64,000 bases of DNA, from contig NC_091998.1 in the NCBI RefSeq assembly GCF_044704955.1, positions 4,340,001-4,404,000 of the forward strand, read 5' to 3'. Positions 1 through 12,776 of this stretch are shown here, piece after piece. Position 1 is the stretch's first letter. Each line of letters begins with the position of its first letter. This DNA comes from Pristiophorus japonicus (Eukaryota). The notes beneath the pieces were generated by a model. That model was not told the DNA's origin and ran no database searches. It saw only the letters and a program-made list of their open reading frames with translations. A program made the translations under genes and the position numbers.

Positions 1-1010
1 CCAAGGACTAGTGCGGGAATCTAGCAGGGGGCAGAAAACATGAAGACAAGAATACACTTTAGATGCTGTGCTGAGTTTTCAAAATGCTCATCGCTTTATT
101 TGGCATTTCAGGCTCTTATAGTCGAGAACTGTATTTTATAAAAACTAAACTTTCCTAGCTGCAATGTGCCTGGCCATCACTGACTGGAGAATCCAAATGT
201 TTCCAGATCTGCTTTGTCCTGTCGGCATTGTGTGGCTCGCGATCAACAGCTGTTAAATATTTATGCCAGGTTTTTTTGTCTCTCATTAACTGCTTTAGGT
301 TCAAAACTGAGACAGTCTACAGTGAAGGTCGAGAATATTTTTTTTCAGCCCACTTCATTGCAGAGTGCGGAAAGCTAGGCCAAGCAGGAACCCACCTGCA
401 TACCTGAACTGTGAGGGACTGTCACAAGGATAAAGACAAACTCAACTCAAAATGACTCGTGCCAGATTTGATGATTTGAGGAAAACAGTTAAACAAAAAG
501 AAACAAGTTAGTTATGAGTGTGGCTGGAGCCAAAGTACAAGTATCAATTGGTGCTCACTTTGAGGGGACAAAGCTAAGGAGTGCTTATTCAGGTTCCCTA
601 TGTTCAGGGAGCCCTGATCACTCCTGCAACACCAATGGAGTATGGACAATTTGAACTCTCTGATTTGCCTACAAGTGTGAAGTTCTGCAGACCATAAAAC
701 AATTTTGTTTTTATGTACTATTCTGAAAATAATTAATTGTGTTTGTCCCTTCATGTCAAAAAATTAACTTTCTCCTCCTCGGGTCCGCCCACTTATTCTG
801 GAGAATTCCAACAAAGAGACTGCCCCAAAATCCGAATTTCTCGAGCTTCACTCCGAGAGGGACTCCTGCCTGGGATTTGCAAGTGGCAGTGGGGAAAAAC
901 ATCAAAAAAAGGAAGATATAAATGGGCAAATAAAGTTGGAGAGGAAATTCAGGGTTCCCACACTCCCAGCATGGTTAGGTGATGGGCAATATTATCTAAG
1001 TCAGTCATGT

Positions 1011-1538
1011 CTTCTCTTCTCTTCGTCAGTCCCCGGAGTCGAGGACGACTTGTTTCCACACTAACATGAGTTCTAAGGTGACTGATGAGTCCAATGCGGG
1101 ATCTACAGACTCTGTCACAGGTGGGGCAGGTGGCGGTTGAAGGGACGTGTGGGTGGGGTGCTTGGTTTGTCGTACGTTCCTTCCGCTGTTTGTACTTGAT
1201 GACCGCATGTTCCCAACGAAGAAAGGCAAAGTGTTCGCGCCTTCCCGAATGCTTTTTATCCACTTTGAGCGGTCTTGGGCTAGGGATTCCTAAGAGTCGG
1301 TGGGGATGTTACATTTTTTAAGAGAGGCATTGAGGGTGTTCTTGAAGCGTTTTCTCTGCTCTCCTGGGGCTCGCGTGCCGTGATGGAGCTCGGAGTAGAG
1401 TGCTTGTTTTGGGAGCCTTGTATCAGGCATGCAGACAACATGGCCTGCCCATCAGTATTGATTGGGCGTGATCAATGCTTCAATGTAGGGAGAATGAGAG
1501 AGAACACTGACATTGGTATGCCTATCCTGTCAAGTCAG
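1011..1538 (-). mobile_element. RTE-clade LINE, 5'-truncated 3' fragment with 18-bp target-site duplication
   Basis: ORF 949..1263(-) contains the RTE C-terminal C2H2 finger CPTCDRVCRSRIGLISHLRTH. A (GAAGA)n-type tail lies at 1011-1024. The identical flank TATCTAAGTCAGTCATGT occurs at 993-1010 and 1539-1556. Confidence 0.88.
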
Positions 1539-1564
1539 TATCTAAGTCAGTCATGTGCCCCAAC

Positions 1565-2962
1565 ACTGCGCAGGCAGCTATTAACGAATATGATTTAATT
1601 GGCATTACGAAGACATGGCTCCAGGGTGACCAAGGCTAGGAACTCAACATCCAGGGGTATTCAACATTCAGGAAGGATAGACAGAAAGGAAAAGGAGGTG
1701 GGGTAGCGTTGCTGGTTAAAGAGGAAATTAACACAATAGTAAGGAAGGACATTAGCTTGGATTATGTGGAATTTGTATGGGTAGAGCTGCGGAATACCAA
1801 AGGGCAGAAAACACGAGTAGGAGCTGTGTACAGACCACCAAACAGTGAGAATGGGGATGGCATCAAACAGGAAATTAGGGATGCATGCAATAAGGGAATA
1901 AGTTATCATGGACAACGTTAATCTACATATAGATTGGGCTAACCAAACTGGTAGCAATACGGTGGAGGAGGATTTCCTGGAGTGTTTTAGGGATGGTTTT
2001 CAAGACGAATATGTCGAGGAACCAACTAGAGAGCTGGCCATCCTAGACTGGTGATGTGTAATGAGAAAGGACTAATTAGCAATCTTGTTGCGTAAGGCCC
2101 CTTAGGAAAGAGTGGCCATAATATGGTAGAATTCTTTATTAAGATGGAGCGTGACACAGTTAATTCAGAGATTAGGGTCCTGAACTTAGGGAAAGGTAAC
2201 TTCGATGGTTTGAGGTGTGAATTGGCTAGAATAGACTGGCAAATGATACTTAAAGAGTTGATGGTGGATAGGCAATGGCAAACATTTAAGGATCACATGG
2301 ATGAACTTCAACAATTGTACATCCCGGTCTGGAGTAAAAATAAAACAGGAAAGGTGGCTCAACCGTGGCTAACAAGGGAAATTAAGGATAGTGTTAAATC
2401 CAAGGAAGAGGCATATAAATTGGCCAGAAAAAGCAACAAACCTGAGGACTGGAAGAAATTTAGAATTCAGCAGAGGAGGACAAAGGATTTAATTAGGAAG
2501 GGGGAAAATAGAGTATGAGAGGAAGCTTGCTGGGAACATACCGACTGGGCCTGTATTCACTGGACTTTAGAGGAATGAGAGGGGATCTCATAGAAACATA
2601 TAAAATACTTACGGGACTGGACAGGTTGGATGCAAGAAGAATGTTCCTGATGTTGGGGAAGTCCAGAACCAGGGGACACAGTCTAAGGATAAGGGGTAGG
2701 CCATTTAGGACTGAGATGAGGAGAAACCTCTTCACTCAGAGAGTTGTTAACCTGTGGAATTCTCTGCCGCAGAGAGTTGTTGATGACAGTTCATTGGATA
2801 TATTCAAGAGGGAGTTAGATATGGCCCTTATGGCTAAAGGGATCAAGGGGTATGGAGTGAAAGCAGTGAAGGGGTATTGAGGTGATGATCAGCCATGATC
2901 TTATTGAATGGTGGTGCAGGCTCGAAGGGCCGAATGGCCTGCTCCTGCACCTATTTTCTATG
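1565..2962 (+). mobile_element. CR1 LINE fragment (APE endonuclease region joined directly to the 3' end; RT core deleted)
   Basis: Endonuclease peptides GGGVALLVKEEIN and VYRPPN are present. At 2540/2541 the sequence jumps from KLAGNI to RLGLYSL. The 3' UTR ends CTATTTTCTATG. There are multiple stops. Confidence 0.9.
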
Positions 2963-3309
2963 ACCCCGATTTGCTGTCCTGGAATCTAAGTATACTTGTT
3001 GGGTACTGGCATTGCTGAATTTGCTCACAAATATTTTCGCAATAGTGCACAGAACGTTTTAAGGCAGCCCGATTGTCTATAAGACCCTACATTTGCAGCT
3101 AAATCAGTGAATTCTGATGGCCCATGCACCAGGGCTCTAATTCACGAGAATATGAAACTTTTGATTTAACTGGTTGCAAGCACAGGCAAGTGGACCAGGA
3201 GAGGCAGCAGGATCCAGTGACGATCCAGTAACAAGCCACCTCTGGTGAGGCAAGAAAGTCACTGCACCCCTAATATTCACACTTAGGTAGAAGTCACTCT
3301 CCTTAACTT

Positions 3310-4088
3310 GCCAACGCCGAGGCCCTAAGCTGTGAAATTCCCGTCCAAAACCTCTCCACCTCTCACTCCTACATTAAGACGCTCCTTAAACCCTTCCTCT
3401 TTCACGTCCTAATATCTCATTATGTGGCTTGGTGTCAAATTTTGTTTGATAGCACACCTGTGAAATGCCTTGGGACCTTTTACTACCTTAAAGACACTGT
3501 ATAAATGCAAGTGGTTGTTGTTACCTCTGGACTTGTCTATTCCAACTCACTTGTGGCTGGCCTCCCATCTTCCACCCTCCATAAACTTGAACGCATCCAA
3601 AACTCGGCTGCCCGTATCCTAACTCGCATCAAGTCCCTTTTATGCATCATCCGCTGACCTACATTGGCTTCCAGTCCAGTAACGCCTCGATTTTAACATT
3701 CTCATCCTTGTTTACAAATCCCTCCATGGCCACACCCCCTCCATGGCCACACCCCCTCCCTATCGCTAACCTCCTAAAACCCTCCAATATCTTTGCTCTC
3801 CTCCAATTCTGAGCTCTTGTGCATCCCCAATTTTCATTGCTCTGCCATTGGTGACCGTGCCTTCAGCTGCCTCGGCCCCAAGCTCTGGAATTCCCTCCCT
3901 AAACCTCTCTGCCTCTTCACCTCTCTCTCCTCCTTTAAGATACTCCATAAACCCTACACGTTTCACCTGCCCTAATATCTCCTTATGTGGCTTGGTGTCA
4001 AATGTTGTTTGATATACACTCCTGTAAAGCGTCTTTGGGCATTTTACAATGTTAACGGCGCTATATAAATGTAAATCGTTTTGTTATT
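3310..4088 (+). mobile_element. Two tandem L2-type LINE 3' fragments
   Basis: Peptides similar to SNSLVAGLPSSTLHKLERIQNSAARIL and GDRAFSCLGPKLWNSLP are present. Two 3' ends of the GCTATATAAATG(C/T)AA-(GTT)n type occur at about 3500-3522 and 4060-4088. Confidence 0.75.
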
Positions 4089-5182
4089 TCGCCACAGTTT
4101 GCATTGTTGTGGAGCTGAAAATAATCTGCAGTGATGCAACTGCACAGTCAAACTGCTCGGAGTAATAAGGACAGGTTAAGAGAAAATGTTGTGGACTTGT
4201 GTCTTAAACAATAAGACCTTCGCTCCTTGTGGTGTTCTTCCCCTTCCCCCATCCGTGTACTGTCTTGTATTATTTCCATCATTTCCATATGTTGCTGTTG
4301 TACAATTATCTCATTCAACCATGTACCCTCCCAGGACTCTGACCATCCCCAGAAAAGTCAATCTTACAAATTCCAGATATGCAACAGCCATTCTCCTGTG
4401 AGATTAAAGCCTTCATTTCACTGAGAGCGTTTGAAAATGATGCGAGAGATGGAGGTAAATACACTCGCTTCCAGTGTAGTGAAAGTAAGGTCAGGTCAGG
4501 CTTGATTTCTACTTTCTATGGTAGACATAATAGAAACATCGATCAGGAGCTTGTATTATTTGATGAAACATTGTGAACTGTGTTTGTTCTCCTCGCACTG
4601 CAAACTCCACAATGCAGTCATTCACAGACTGATGGCATTTACAGTAGGATGGAATGAGGTGGCCTTCCCCCCCAAACGCACCTAAACCATTGTGCTACTT
4701 GTTTTCTCATCCTATTGATCAAGAACCAGACAGACAGATGCTTCCGCACAGAACTCATACCCTGTGTGCAGTATTTTCCTCGGAAATGTCAATACTGGGG
4801 TCAGCCCTGATCTGCTGGAGCAGAGACCAGACCCAAAACTAATTACGCACTATGCTGCACCCTAGGTCTGGGAGCCTTTCCTGGTGCAGGGCATTCACAT
4901 GTACACGTGACACTGTAGGGTAGGGAATTACGATCGGCATTTACTCCGGTACAGACTTGTACAAATTAACTCTGTGCTTTAAAGTGGGTGCTTGTTTTAA
5001 ACTGGTTAATTCCTGCTCTGAAATAGCATCGACAGGAATTTGGTAGTGGGCCGTTATGTTTCTTACAGGAACAGCGCCAATTGGGGTTGCTATCCTGCCC
5101 TTTCCTTTACATCATTAACCCTTAGAATTCCACCATAAAGATAAACCATTGGTGTTCCGGCCACGGACACATTCTGTCACTG

Positions 5183-5526
5183 AGCAGTGCTCCATCTCTC
5201 ATCCCCAGCACAGTGACACCAGCACAGTGATCCCTCTCCTCAGACCCCAGCACAGTGCTCCATCTCTCACCCCCAGCACAGTGACACCAGCACAGTGATC
5301 CCTCTCCTCAGACCCCAGCACAGTGCTCCATCTCTCAGACCCCAGCACAGTGATCCCTCTCCTCAGACCCCAGCACAGTGCGCCATCTCTCAGACCCCAG
5401 CACAGTGCTCCATCTCTCAGACCCCAGCACAGTGATCCCTCTCCTCAGACCCCAGCACAGTGCGCCATCTCTCAGACCCCAGCACAGTGCTCCATCTCTC
5501 AGACCCCAGCACAGTGCTCCCTCTCC
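5183..5526. repeat. Minisatellite with a 27-29-bp unit (CTCAGACCCCAGCACAGTGCTCCATCT and variant ...GTGATCCCTCTC)
   Basis: About 12 directly visible tandem units in two or three variants. The repeat accounts for the repetitive ORFs 5323..5700, 5335..5562 and 5378..5626. Confidence 0.92.
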
Positions 5527-6006
5527 ACATACACCAGAACAATACGCCTCAGAGCCCAGCACACTTTGTACAATGACTTCAATTCAAACTCCAGCCCGTC
5601 AAGACTCATGTTTTCGATGTCCCTAACAATGGAATGTTGGGGAGGATCCCACAGAGTGGAAAAGAAGCTGCAAAACCTGAGTAAGTGGCTCAAAGTGTAG
5701 AGCTCGGCAGATGCCCTGAAGTTCAGCTCTGAACTAGGCATAATTGAGGATCTGATATGGATCAAACGCAATATCTCTTGGTATTAACAGCAGATTATTT
5801 CTTGATGTACTTGCAGTGACAATGACTTGTGAGAATCATCACACATCAAGGAGGCAAAGTTCACCCATAGCTGGCCTCACCAATATACTGATGGAGGATA
5901 TTAATGTGTCTTCAAAAGAATAAAACTCACACTTAAAATGCTATTACTCTCGAATAATCTAATCTTGAGGTTCAGATGACAAAGAGAGAAAAATACTGAC
6001 AGGGAC

Positions 6007-7093
6007 AGAGAACTGGTTGGCAGACAGGAAGCAGAGAGTCGGGGTAAACGGGTCCTTTTCAGAATGGCAGGTAGTGACTAGTGGGGTGCCAGAGGGCTCA
6101 GTGCTGGGACCCCAGCTATTTACAGTTTACATTAATGATTTAGATGAAGGAATTGAGTGTAATATCTCCAAGGTTGCGGATGACACTAAACTGGGTGGCA
6201 GTGTGAGCTGTGAGGAGGATGCTAAGAGGCTGCAGGGTGACTTGGACAGGTTAGGTGAGTGGGCAATGCATGGCAGATGCAGTATAATGTGGATAAATGT
6301 GGCAAAAACACGAAGGAAGAATATTACCTGAATGGCGGCAGATTAGGAAAAGGGGAGGTGCAACGAGACCTGGTTGTCATGGTACATCAGTCTATGAAAG
6401 TTGGCATGCAGGTGCAGCAGGCGGTGAAGAAGGCAGATGGTACGTTGGCCTTCATAACTCGGGGACTTGAGTACAGGAGCAGGGAGGTCTTACTGCAGTT
6501 GTACAGGGCCTTTGTGAGGCCTCACCTAGAATATTGTGTTCAGTTTTGGTCTCCTAATCTGAGGAAGGATGTTCTTGCTATTGAGGGAGAGCAATGAAGG
6601 TTTACCAGACTGATTCCCAGGATGGTAGGACTGACATATGAGGAGAGACTGGATCGATTGGGCCTGTATTCACTGCAGTTTAGAAGGATGAGAGGGGATC
6701 TCATAGAAACGTATAAGATTCTGACGGGACTGGACAGGTTAGAGGCTGGAAGAATGTTCCCGATGTTGGGGAAGTCCAGAACCAGGGGACACAGTCTTAG
6801 GATAAAGGGTAAGCCATTTAGGACTGAGATGAGGAGAAACTTCTTCACTCAGAGAGTTGTTAACCTGTGGAAATCCCTGTCGCAGAGAGTTGTTGATGCC
6901 AACTCATTGGATATATTCAAAAGGAAGTTAGATATGGCCCTTACGGCTAAAGGGATCAAGGGGAGAAAGCAGGAAAGGGGTACTGAGGGAATGATCAGCC
7001 ATGATCTTTTTGAATGGCGGTGCAGGCTCGAAGGGCCAAATGGCCTACTCCTGCACCTATTTTCTATGTTTCTATGTTTCTATTGTTTCTATG
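6007..7093 (+). mobile_element. CR1 LINE, 5'-truncated (RT C-terminal half plus 3' UTR)
   Basis: Motifs SGVPEGSVLGP, VADDTKL and RPHLEYCVQFW are present, followed by a (TTTCTATG)n tail at 7060-7093. Confidence 0.93.
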
Positions 7094-7111
7094 ATGGTTA
7101 TAAACCATTCA

Positions 7112-7708
7112 GGGATCGAAATTCGGTCTTGCTGTTTTTGAGGCAGTGTTACCACCTGAGTGCTGATAGCCCCGGGCGTTAGGCGCAGCCTCAAAGTCCT
7201 AAATTCAGTTTTTACGCCCAAAGATGAGAGAGTAGCGCCCTCGGACAGGAGCTCAGAAGGCTGACTGAATTTCTCCGCCGCCACTCTTGGAAAAAATGGG
7301 AAGTTAAAAAAAGAACCAAAATTTTTCCGATCCACACACACACTTTTCCACTCTTAAACCTAATGAAAATACACAGAAATAAATAAAGAGAAAAGCTTAC
7401 CCTCCTCTCTGGGCAATCTGCCCGAGATCCGCTTTTTAACCACCACTTTTTTCCTGGCTATATGGCCGCCTGTTGGCCGCACAAAGCAAATATCGCGACA
7501 GAGGTTCCAGGGAGGCGTTGCACGCTGGATGACATCACCACGTGGGTGGCGTTAGCTGCCACAAAGTTGCCTCTTGACGCCTCTGCCAAAGAGCCGACTG
7601 AATGTAGGATGGTGTTGACGGCACTTACTGTCGAAGCTCGCCTTTGTCGCCCGTTAACTGCCTCCCGCGCGTGGTAACAGGCGGTGTACAAAATCCAATT
7701 TCAACCCC
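7112..7708. mobile_element. Putative non-autonomous DNA transposon (MITE, Harbinger-like termini)
   Basis: Imperfect terminal inverted repeats GGGATCGAAATT / AATTTCAACCCC enclose a CpG-rich non-coding body. No TSD match was found. Confidence 0.5.
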
Positions 7709-7714
7709 TTCGAC

Positions 7715-8298
7715 TTCTCTCTGGTGGTGCAGACTACTGCCGAGAGCCCCATATCTTCATTATCTCCGAGCTCGACATCGCGGATGCTCTCCTCATCAAT
7801 TTCACAAGCACAACCCTGCACAAACTCCTGTTCCCTACTGAACTCTGCTACCCATATTTTATCGTGTGGTACATCCCACTCACATATCGGCCCACCCCTG
7901 CCAAGCTCGACCAGGCACTCCCCCAAACTCTGGTGATTTGATTTCAATAAAAGTCCCTCCTCGGCCTTTCTCCACCCGACGTCCTCAACCTCCTCCAGCC
8001 CCGCAACCCAGCTTCTCTCCTATTCCGAGTCTAAACTACTGCAGATATCCTCCCAGCCCCAACCTCGATCAAACGTCCTTTAGCTATCATGACCCTGCAC
8101 TTTGAAATTCCCTCGCCAAGACCTTTGCTTCACTCCAGCTCTCCCACCTTCAAAAGCCTCCTCAAATCCTACATTTTTGACCTTGTTCTTTGTCACCACC
8201 CTTAAATTATCTCCCAGTTCCTGCTCTGGGATTGATCTCTCCCTTATGAAGCATTTTGGAATGCTCCACTGCAATAGCAGTGTTATAAAAGCAAGATT
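7715..8298 (+). mobile_element. Old, degenerate L2-like 3' fragment
   Basis: C-rich strand with a motif similar to FKSLLKSYIF, and a 3' end (TATGAAGCATTTTGGAATG...TTATAAAAGCAAG) resembling the L2 ends at 3500 and 4060. Confidence 0.45.
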
Positions 8299-9158
8299 AT
8301 CCGAATCCATCTATTAAATTCAGCCTCATAGCCTCTCCCAGGTATCTGTTATTCTTTATTCAGTAAGCAATGCTGCTGGAACTAGCAACTAAAAAGAAAA
8401 AGAAAGGGCTCAATTTTCCCCAGTGATTTGCGCTGTTTTTTTGGCCTAAATTTAAAATCCAAGCTTCCCCAAAGATTGTGTGCCAGCATAACTCAGTTCG
8501 TTACGATTTTTTTAGGTTCATTTTTTTTTGCGTAACCTGATGTCAGCGCCAGTTTTTCACATTTATGCAAGTTTGGCCAACTTACATTTTTGTTAGGCCA
8601 GCATATGTGACCATTCCCAAAAAACCTTCTGGGCACTTAAGCAAACCAGCGCACATTAAAAAATCGACGCAGAAAAACGCCATTGTTTTTAAGTGAAGTT
8701 TTGGAGGGAGTCAAGAACACATATATATGCATCATGAAGCTTAATATTTTCAAACTTGAGACACAGAAAATGGAAGTCTAATACAATTATTTAATTTTTG
8801 ATTTTTTTTAAGTGCCACGCCACCACTGAACGTCTCAAAACCGGGCTCAAGGGTCGGAGCGTCGGCCGGCAGAATCCGTCCCTTGCCCAGACACAGGGGC
8901 TTGGATCGCGGCTTCAAGAGAAGCCCAGGAGCATGCGGGGGTGTGGATGCCATAATGAAGGCATGAGAAACATTACACAATGCAGCAAGCAGCATCAAAT
9001 GAAGCCCGGGTAGGGCAGGGGTTCCCGATCTAAGCAAGCCTATTGCGCATGCTCAGACCGGGTTTGGTTCATACTAGGGCGTCGACTTTGGGAAGAAAGA
9101 CAACAAAGAAGCTTGTCCTGCCTGCTGATTTGAACTTCTTGCAAAGGTACAATTTAAC

Positions 9159-10347
9159 ATGGGGCCAATATTGACAATACCATACCTCGTGCAAGCCTTC
9201 TGCATGATGGTGCTGCGGAGGAGACAACTGATTCGACGTCATCACATGAGGAACCTCAGAGCACATAGGATGATGGGCAGGAGGCCTTACCCACATTGGG
9301 TATACCGAGACAGGTGTTCATACCTGCACCTGAGTGATGCAGACTGTGTAAGTAGGCTGCGTTTCCACAAAGAAGTTGTAACTGAGATCTGAGAGTTGGT
9401 GAAAGCAGACCTGCAACCTAGAAGCGTCAGTTGAAGTGAAGGTTACAGCTGCACTTTCATTCTATGTATCTGGATCATTCCAGGCCACAACAGGGGATGT
9501 GTGTGCAATTTTTCAACATGCACCAAAATCTGCATTCGGCAAGTGACTACTGCACTATATGCCTGGAGGAATGATTACATAAAGTTCCGCATAACAGCCC
9601 AGGCAATGCATGAAAGGGCCGTGGGCTTCTCCAGGATTACTGGCTTCCCAAAGGTACAGGGCTGCATTGATTGTACCCACATCACCTTGCGAGCACCTTT
9701 GGAGGATTCCGAGATGTACAGGAAAAGGCTTCCACTCCGTTAATGTGCAGCTCGTGTGTGGTGACATGCATCGCATCATGTCAGTTGATGCAAGATACCC
9801 TGGGAGCACCCATGATGTGTTCATCCTACACGAGAGTGCTATATCTGCCATGTTTCAGCAGCAGCCAGAAGAGCAGAGCTGGCTACTGGGAGACAAAGGG
9901 TACGGCCTCGTTACCTGGCTCATGACGCCCCTATGCATAAGCCGGACGGAAGCTGACTGGGAACACAACATGTCGCACATTGCGATGCGCAGCATAATAG
10001 AGAGGACCATTGGCATCTTGAAGCGGCGTTTCCGATGCCTGGACCATTCCGGGGGCTACTTGCTATACTCACCTGAGATTGTCGGTCAGTTCACTGTTGT
10101 GTGCTGCATGCTGCATAACTTAGTCATCATGAGGCAGCAGCAGCTGGTAGTAGAAGACACACCTGAGGTGAGAGTGGCTGATGATGATGAGGAAGATGCA
10201 GATGACGAGGAGGAGGAGGAGGATGAGGAAGCCATGCAACTACCTGAACCCGGAGCACGACGGCGAAGGAGGGTGGGCCGTCGTGCCCCTTTAACAATTG
10301 CTCGAGCCTTGCGCCAGCAGTTCATCCGTGAACGCTTGTCTGCCTGA
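9159..10347 (+). pseudogene. Harbinger DDE transposase (HARBI1-like), disrupted
   Basis: Motifs GFPKVQGCIDCTH, KGFHSVNVQLVC, YPGSTHD, WLLGDKGY and IIERTIGILKRRFRCL are present. There is a stop near 9390, frameshifts near 9430-9500 and 9725, and an acidic C-terminal tract. Confidence 0.92.
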
Positions 10348-10769
10348 AGGCTCAGCGACAACTATTCCACATGGACCATGTTTACTGTTTGGACCTGTTC
10401 CGTAATATTGTGTTGTGTTAATGGAACAAATAATGGAAATGATTCTTTTTTACTTCAAAAAGTTGTGTTAATAATAGAACAAATAATGGAAATGATTCAG
10501 TTATAAATTAAAATATATTTTATTCAAAAGTTTAACAAATACTTGCTTGTACTTAACTTTAATAAAAATATTCTTGTATCAAACTTTAAAGTTTTCAGTT
10601 AAGATCACTTACAAACTTTATCACTTACAAACTTTTAAACTTGTAAATTTACATAACTTATAAAAAACTTTTAATTTGAGAACAGTTACAACAGTAACAG
10701 CAACAATAATAACAACAACAGCAGCAGCAACAAAGAAAGGCTGCACCCATCTCTCCTCCACCTTATTCT

Positions 10770-12450
10770 AAGACCGCCCACTGCACTTGGTCTTGTTGAC
10801 TCCACCCCTGCCCGCAGGCAGTGGTGCAGTGTTTCTCGGGTTGGTACCAAGCTTATTCTATCGAATATCTCGGGTAATGTGCACTTCTTGACGGGGGAGG
10901 GGGGGTAGGTGGTAATATGGAAGGCCCGAATTGGGCCTCTTCAGAGGCTGGTCTGGGGATTGGAGTGGGAGTGGCCGTTGCTTCTGTCAATGGGCTCAAG
11001 GTCTGGGCGTGTTCCCTTATTGCAGCAGCTAACTTTGACATTCCCTTCCTCATGTGCCCTGACAATGTTTCAACTACCTGCAACATTCCCTCGCTCATGT
11101 GCACCAACATTGTATCTGCTCCCTGAGATATTTCCTCTCTTATGTTCCCAGACAGTGTTCCCATTTCTCATGAGAGTGTTGTTACTTCTCCTGACAGTCC
11201 CGATACCTCATCACCCACCCCACTGATAGTGTCCAGGAGTGATCGGGTAAGGTCAATGCTCTCCGCACTCATTGCCACCATCTGCACCTCAGGAGAGCTC
11301 TCCTTCCCCTCCTCACCCTGGGTGTGGCTCGCTGCATCCCATTGGGACCCGCAGCCTCGGACGGTGGGGCCCTGGGTGTGCCTCGCTGCATCCAACTGGG
11401 ATCTGCAGCCTCGGACTGTGGGAAACCATGGAATGTCCCAACACTCGTACCACTCAGGAAAGGGGCTGGCACCTCAATGGGCAGCACCTGCGCCTCCTCC
11501 AGAGTGAGTACAACAGTAGCGGCTTCATCCATCACATCCATTACCTCCACCTCCCCCTCACCCCCATGCTCTTGGTCTGGAAGGTAGGATTGGAAGATGT
11601 TCTCCTCTTCAAGCTCGACCGCATCTGAATCTTCTTCTGCATCGGTTTCAGCCTCGTCAGGGTTGGCCTCAAGTTCTGCAAAATATAACAGAACAGACAA
11701 ATGTTTAGCAGCAGAGGAGGGGCAGGGTGAGTGGCATGATTAGCCTCACACAGCGCAGGCAGCAGGCTGATTTGAAGAACCACGATGATTGATAGTACAT
11801 TGCATCAACTGAAGCGTAGCTGACGGAGATATCCCCATGAACCGAAGCATGGCTAGCCCGCTCAGTACTTAACATTTAGCAAAGCCAGACTGTGGAATTT
11901 GCAGGACTTACCCTCTCCCTCGAGTGTGGGCCCAGCTTGAGCAGTGGTGGTTGGTTTCCAGGCAGGACCCATCAAAGCAGCGACCCTCTCTTCCAAGGGT
12001 GTCAGTGGGTGCAGATTTGCCGAGCCTCCTCTTGTTTAAGTTCTTTCTCTTTTGTTGTGTGCCACCTTCCTCTGCAAAGATGAAAATATAACTTTTTAGA
12101 GAGGGTGTCTTTCTGCTGGGTGGGATATATAAAGATGGTCACATTTACAATTGCAATTCCAGTGAATTAATGAAAATATTACTTACATTAACTACTTGAC
12201 CAAGGTCCTGCCACTTCTTTTTACACTGGCCTCCAGATCTCGGGATGGTCACTATTGCACAGTAATCTTCTGCAAGTTGGTTGCAGCATTCCGTCATTTC
12301 TTTTGGTGAAACTTTTATGTGACCTCTGCTGGTGTCCAGCTCGTGCCATCTGGCCTCAATTACAGTAACCAGTGCCTCCATTTCATCCTGGAAGAAATTC
12401 TTGGTCCTTGAGCTGCGTTGCACCTTGTATTGCAGCTCCGATTTTTCCAA
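10770..12450 (-). pseudogene. Harbinger-associated Myb/SANT-like (trihelix) DNA-binding protein, three exons, disrupted
   Basis: Exon 1 (about 12450-12187) reads RTKNFFQDEMEALV...RSGGQCKKKWQDL and ends at a GTAAGT donor. Exon 2 (12071-11912) reads RKVAHNKRERT*...LTPLEERV and ends at a GTAAGT donor. Exon 3 starts at 11675 after a TTTTGCAG acceptor and is acidic. The 3' end is approximate. Confidence 0.82.
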
Positions 12451-12776
12451 TGAGAATTAAGGTTTTCACACACAACTGGCTCTTTTAAAATGCCCGAATG
12501 CAGACTGGGAGCTGTACTGGACATGCGCGCCCATAACATTCACATCAAAAATGTCCTTTTTTTTTCTTGCGCATGTGCAGAAGGTGGGGGGCATCGTTTT
12601 TTCGGTGCAGACATTAGGCTCCACTCCCTGAAGCTAAAGGACAGGCTGTGTGGCGCCGATTTCAAAAAATAGAACGGGGAAACTTGCTTGGTACTTTTTT
12701 GAAGTAATCGAGGCCAAAGAAAACAGGTGTAACTCTGGCAATATGCTAAAAAAACGGCATTGGGAAAAATGAGCTC

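Larger units (their letters stand above)
8406..12776 (+). mobile_element. Full-length PIF/Harbinger DNA transposon (decayed, two genes)
   Basis: TIRs are GGGCTCAATTTTCCCCA (8406) and TTGGGAAAAATGAGCTC (ending 12776). A 3-bp AAA flanks both ends. The element encodes a DDE transposase and a convergent Myb/SANT protein. Confidence 0.9.

Noticed and set aside
5183-5526. Possible CRISPR-like array
   Set aside because: The units are contiguous without unique spacers, there are no cas genes, and the context is eukaryotic.
9159-10347. Domesticated host gene HARBI1
   Set aside because: It has stops and frameshifts and lies between TIRs with a Myb partner, so it is a transposon copy.
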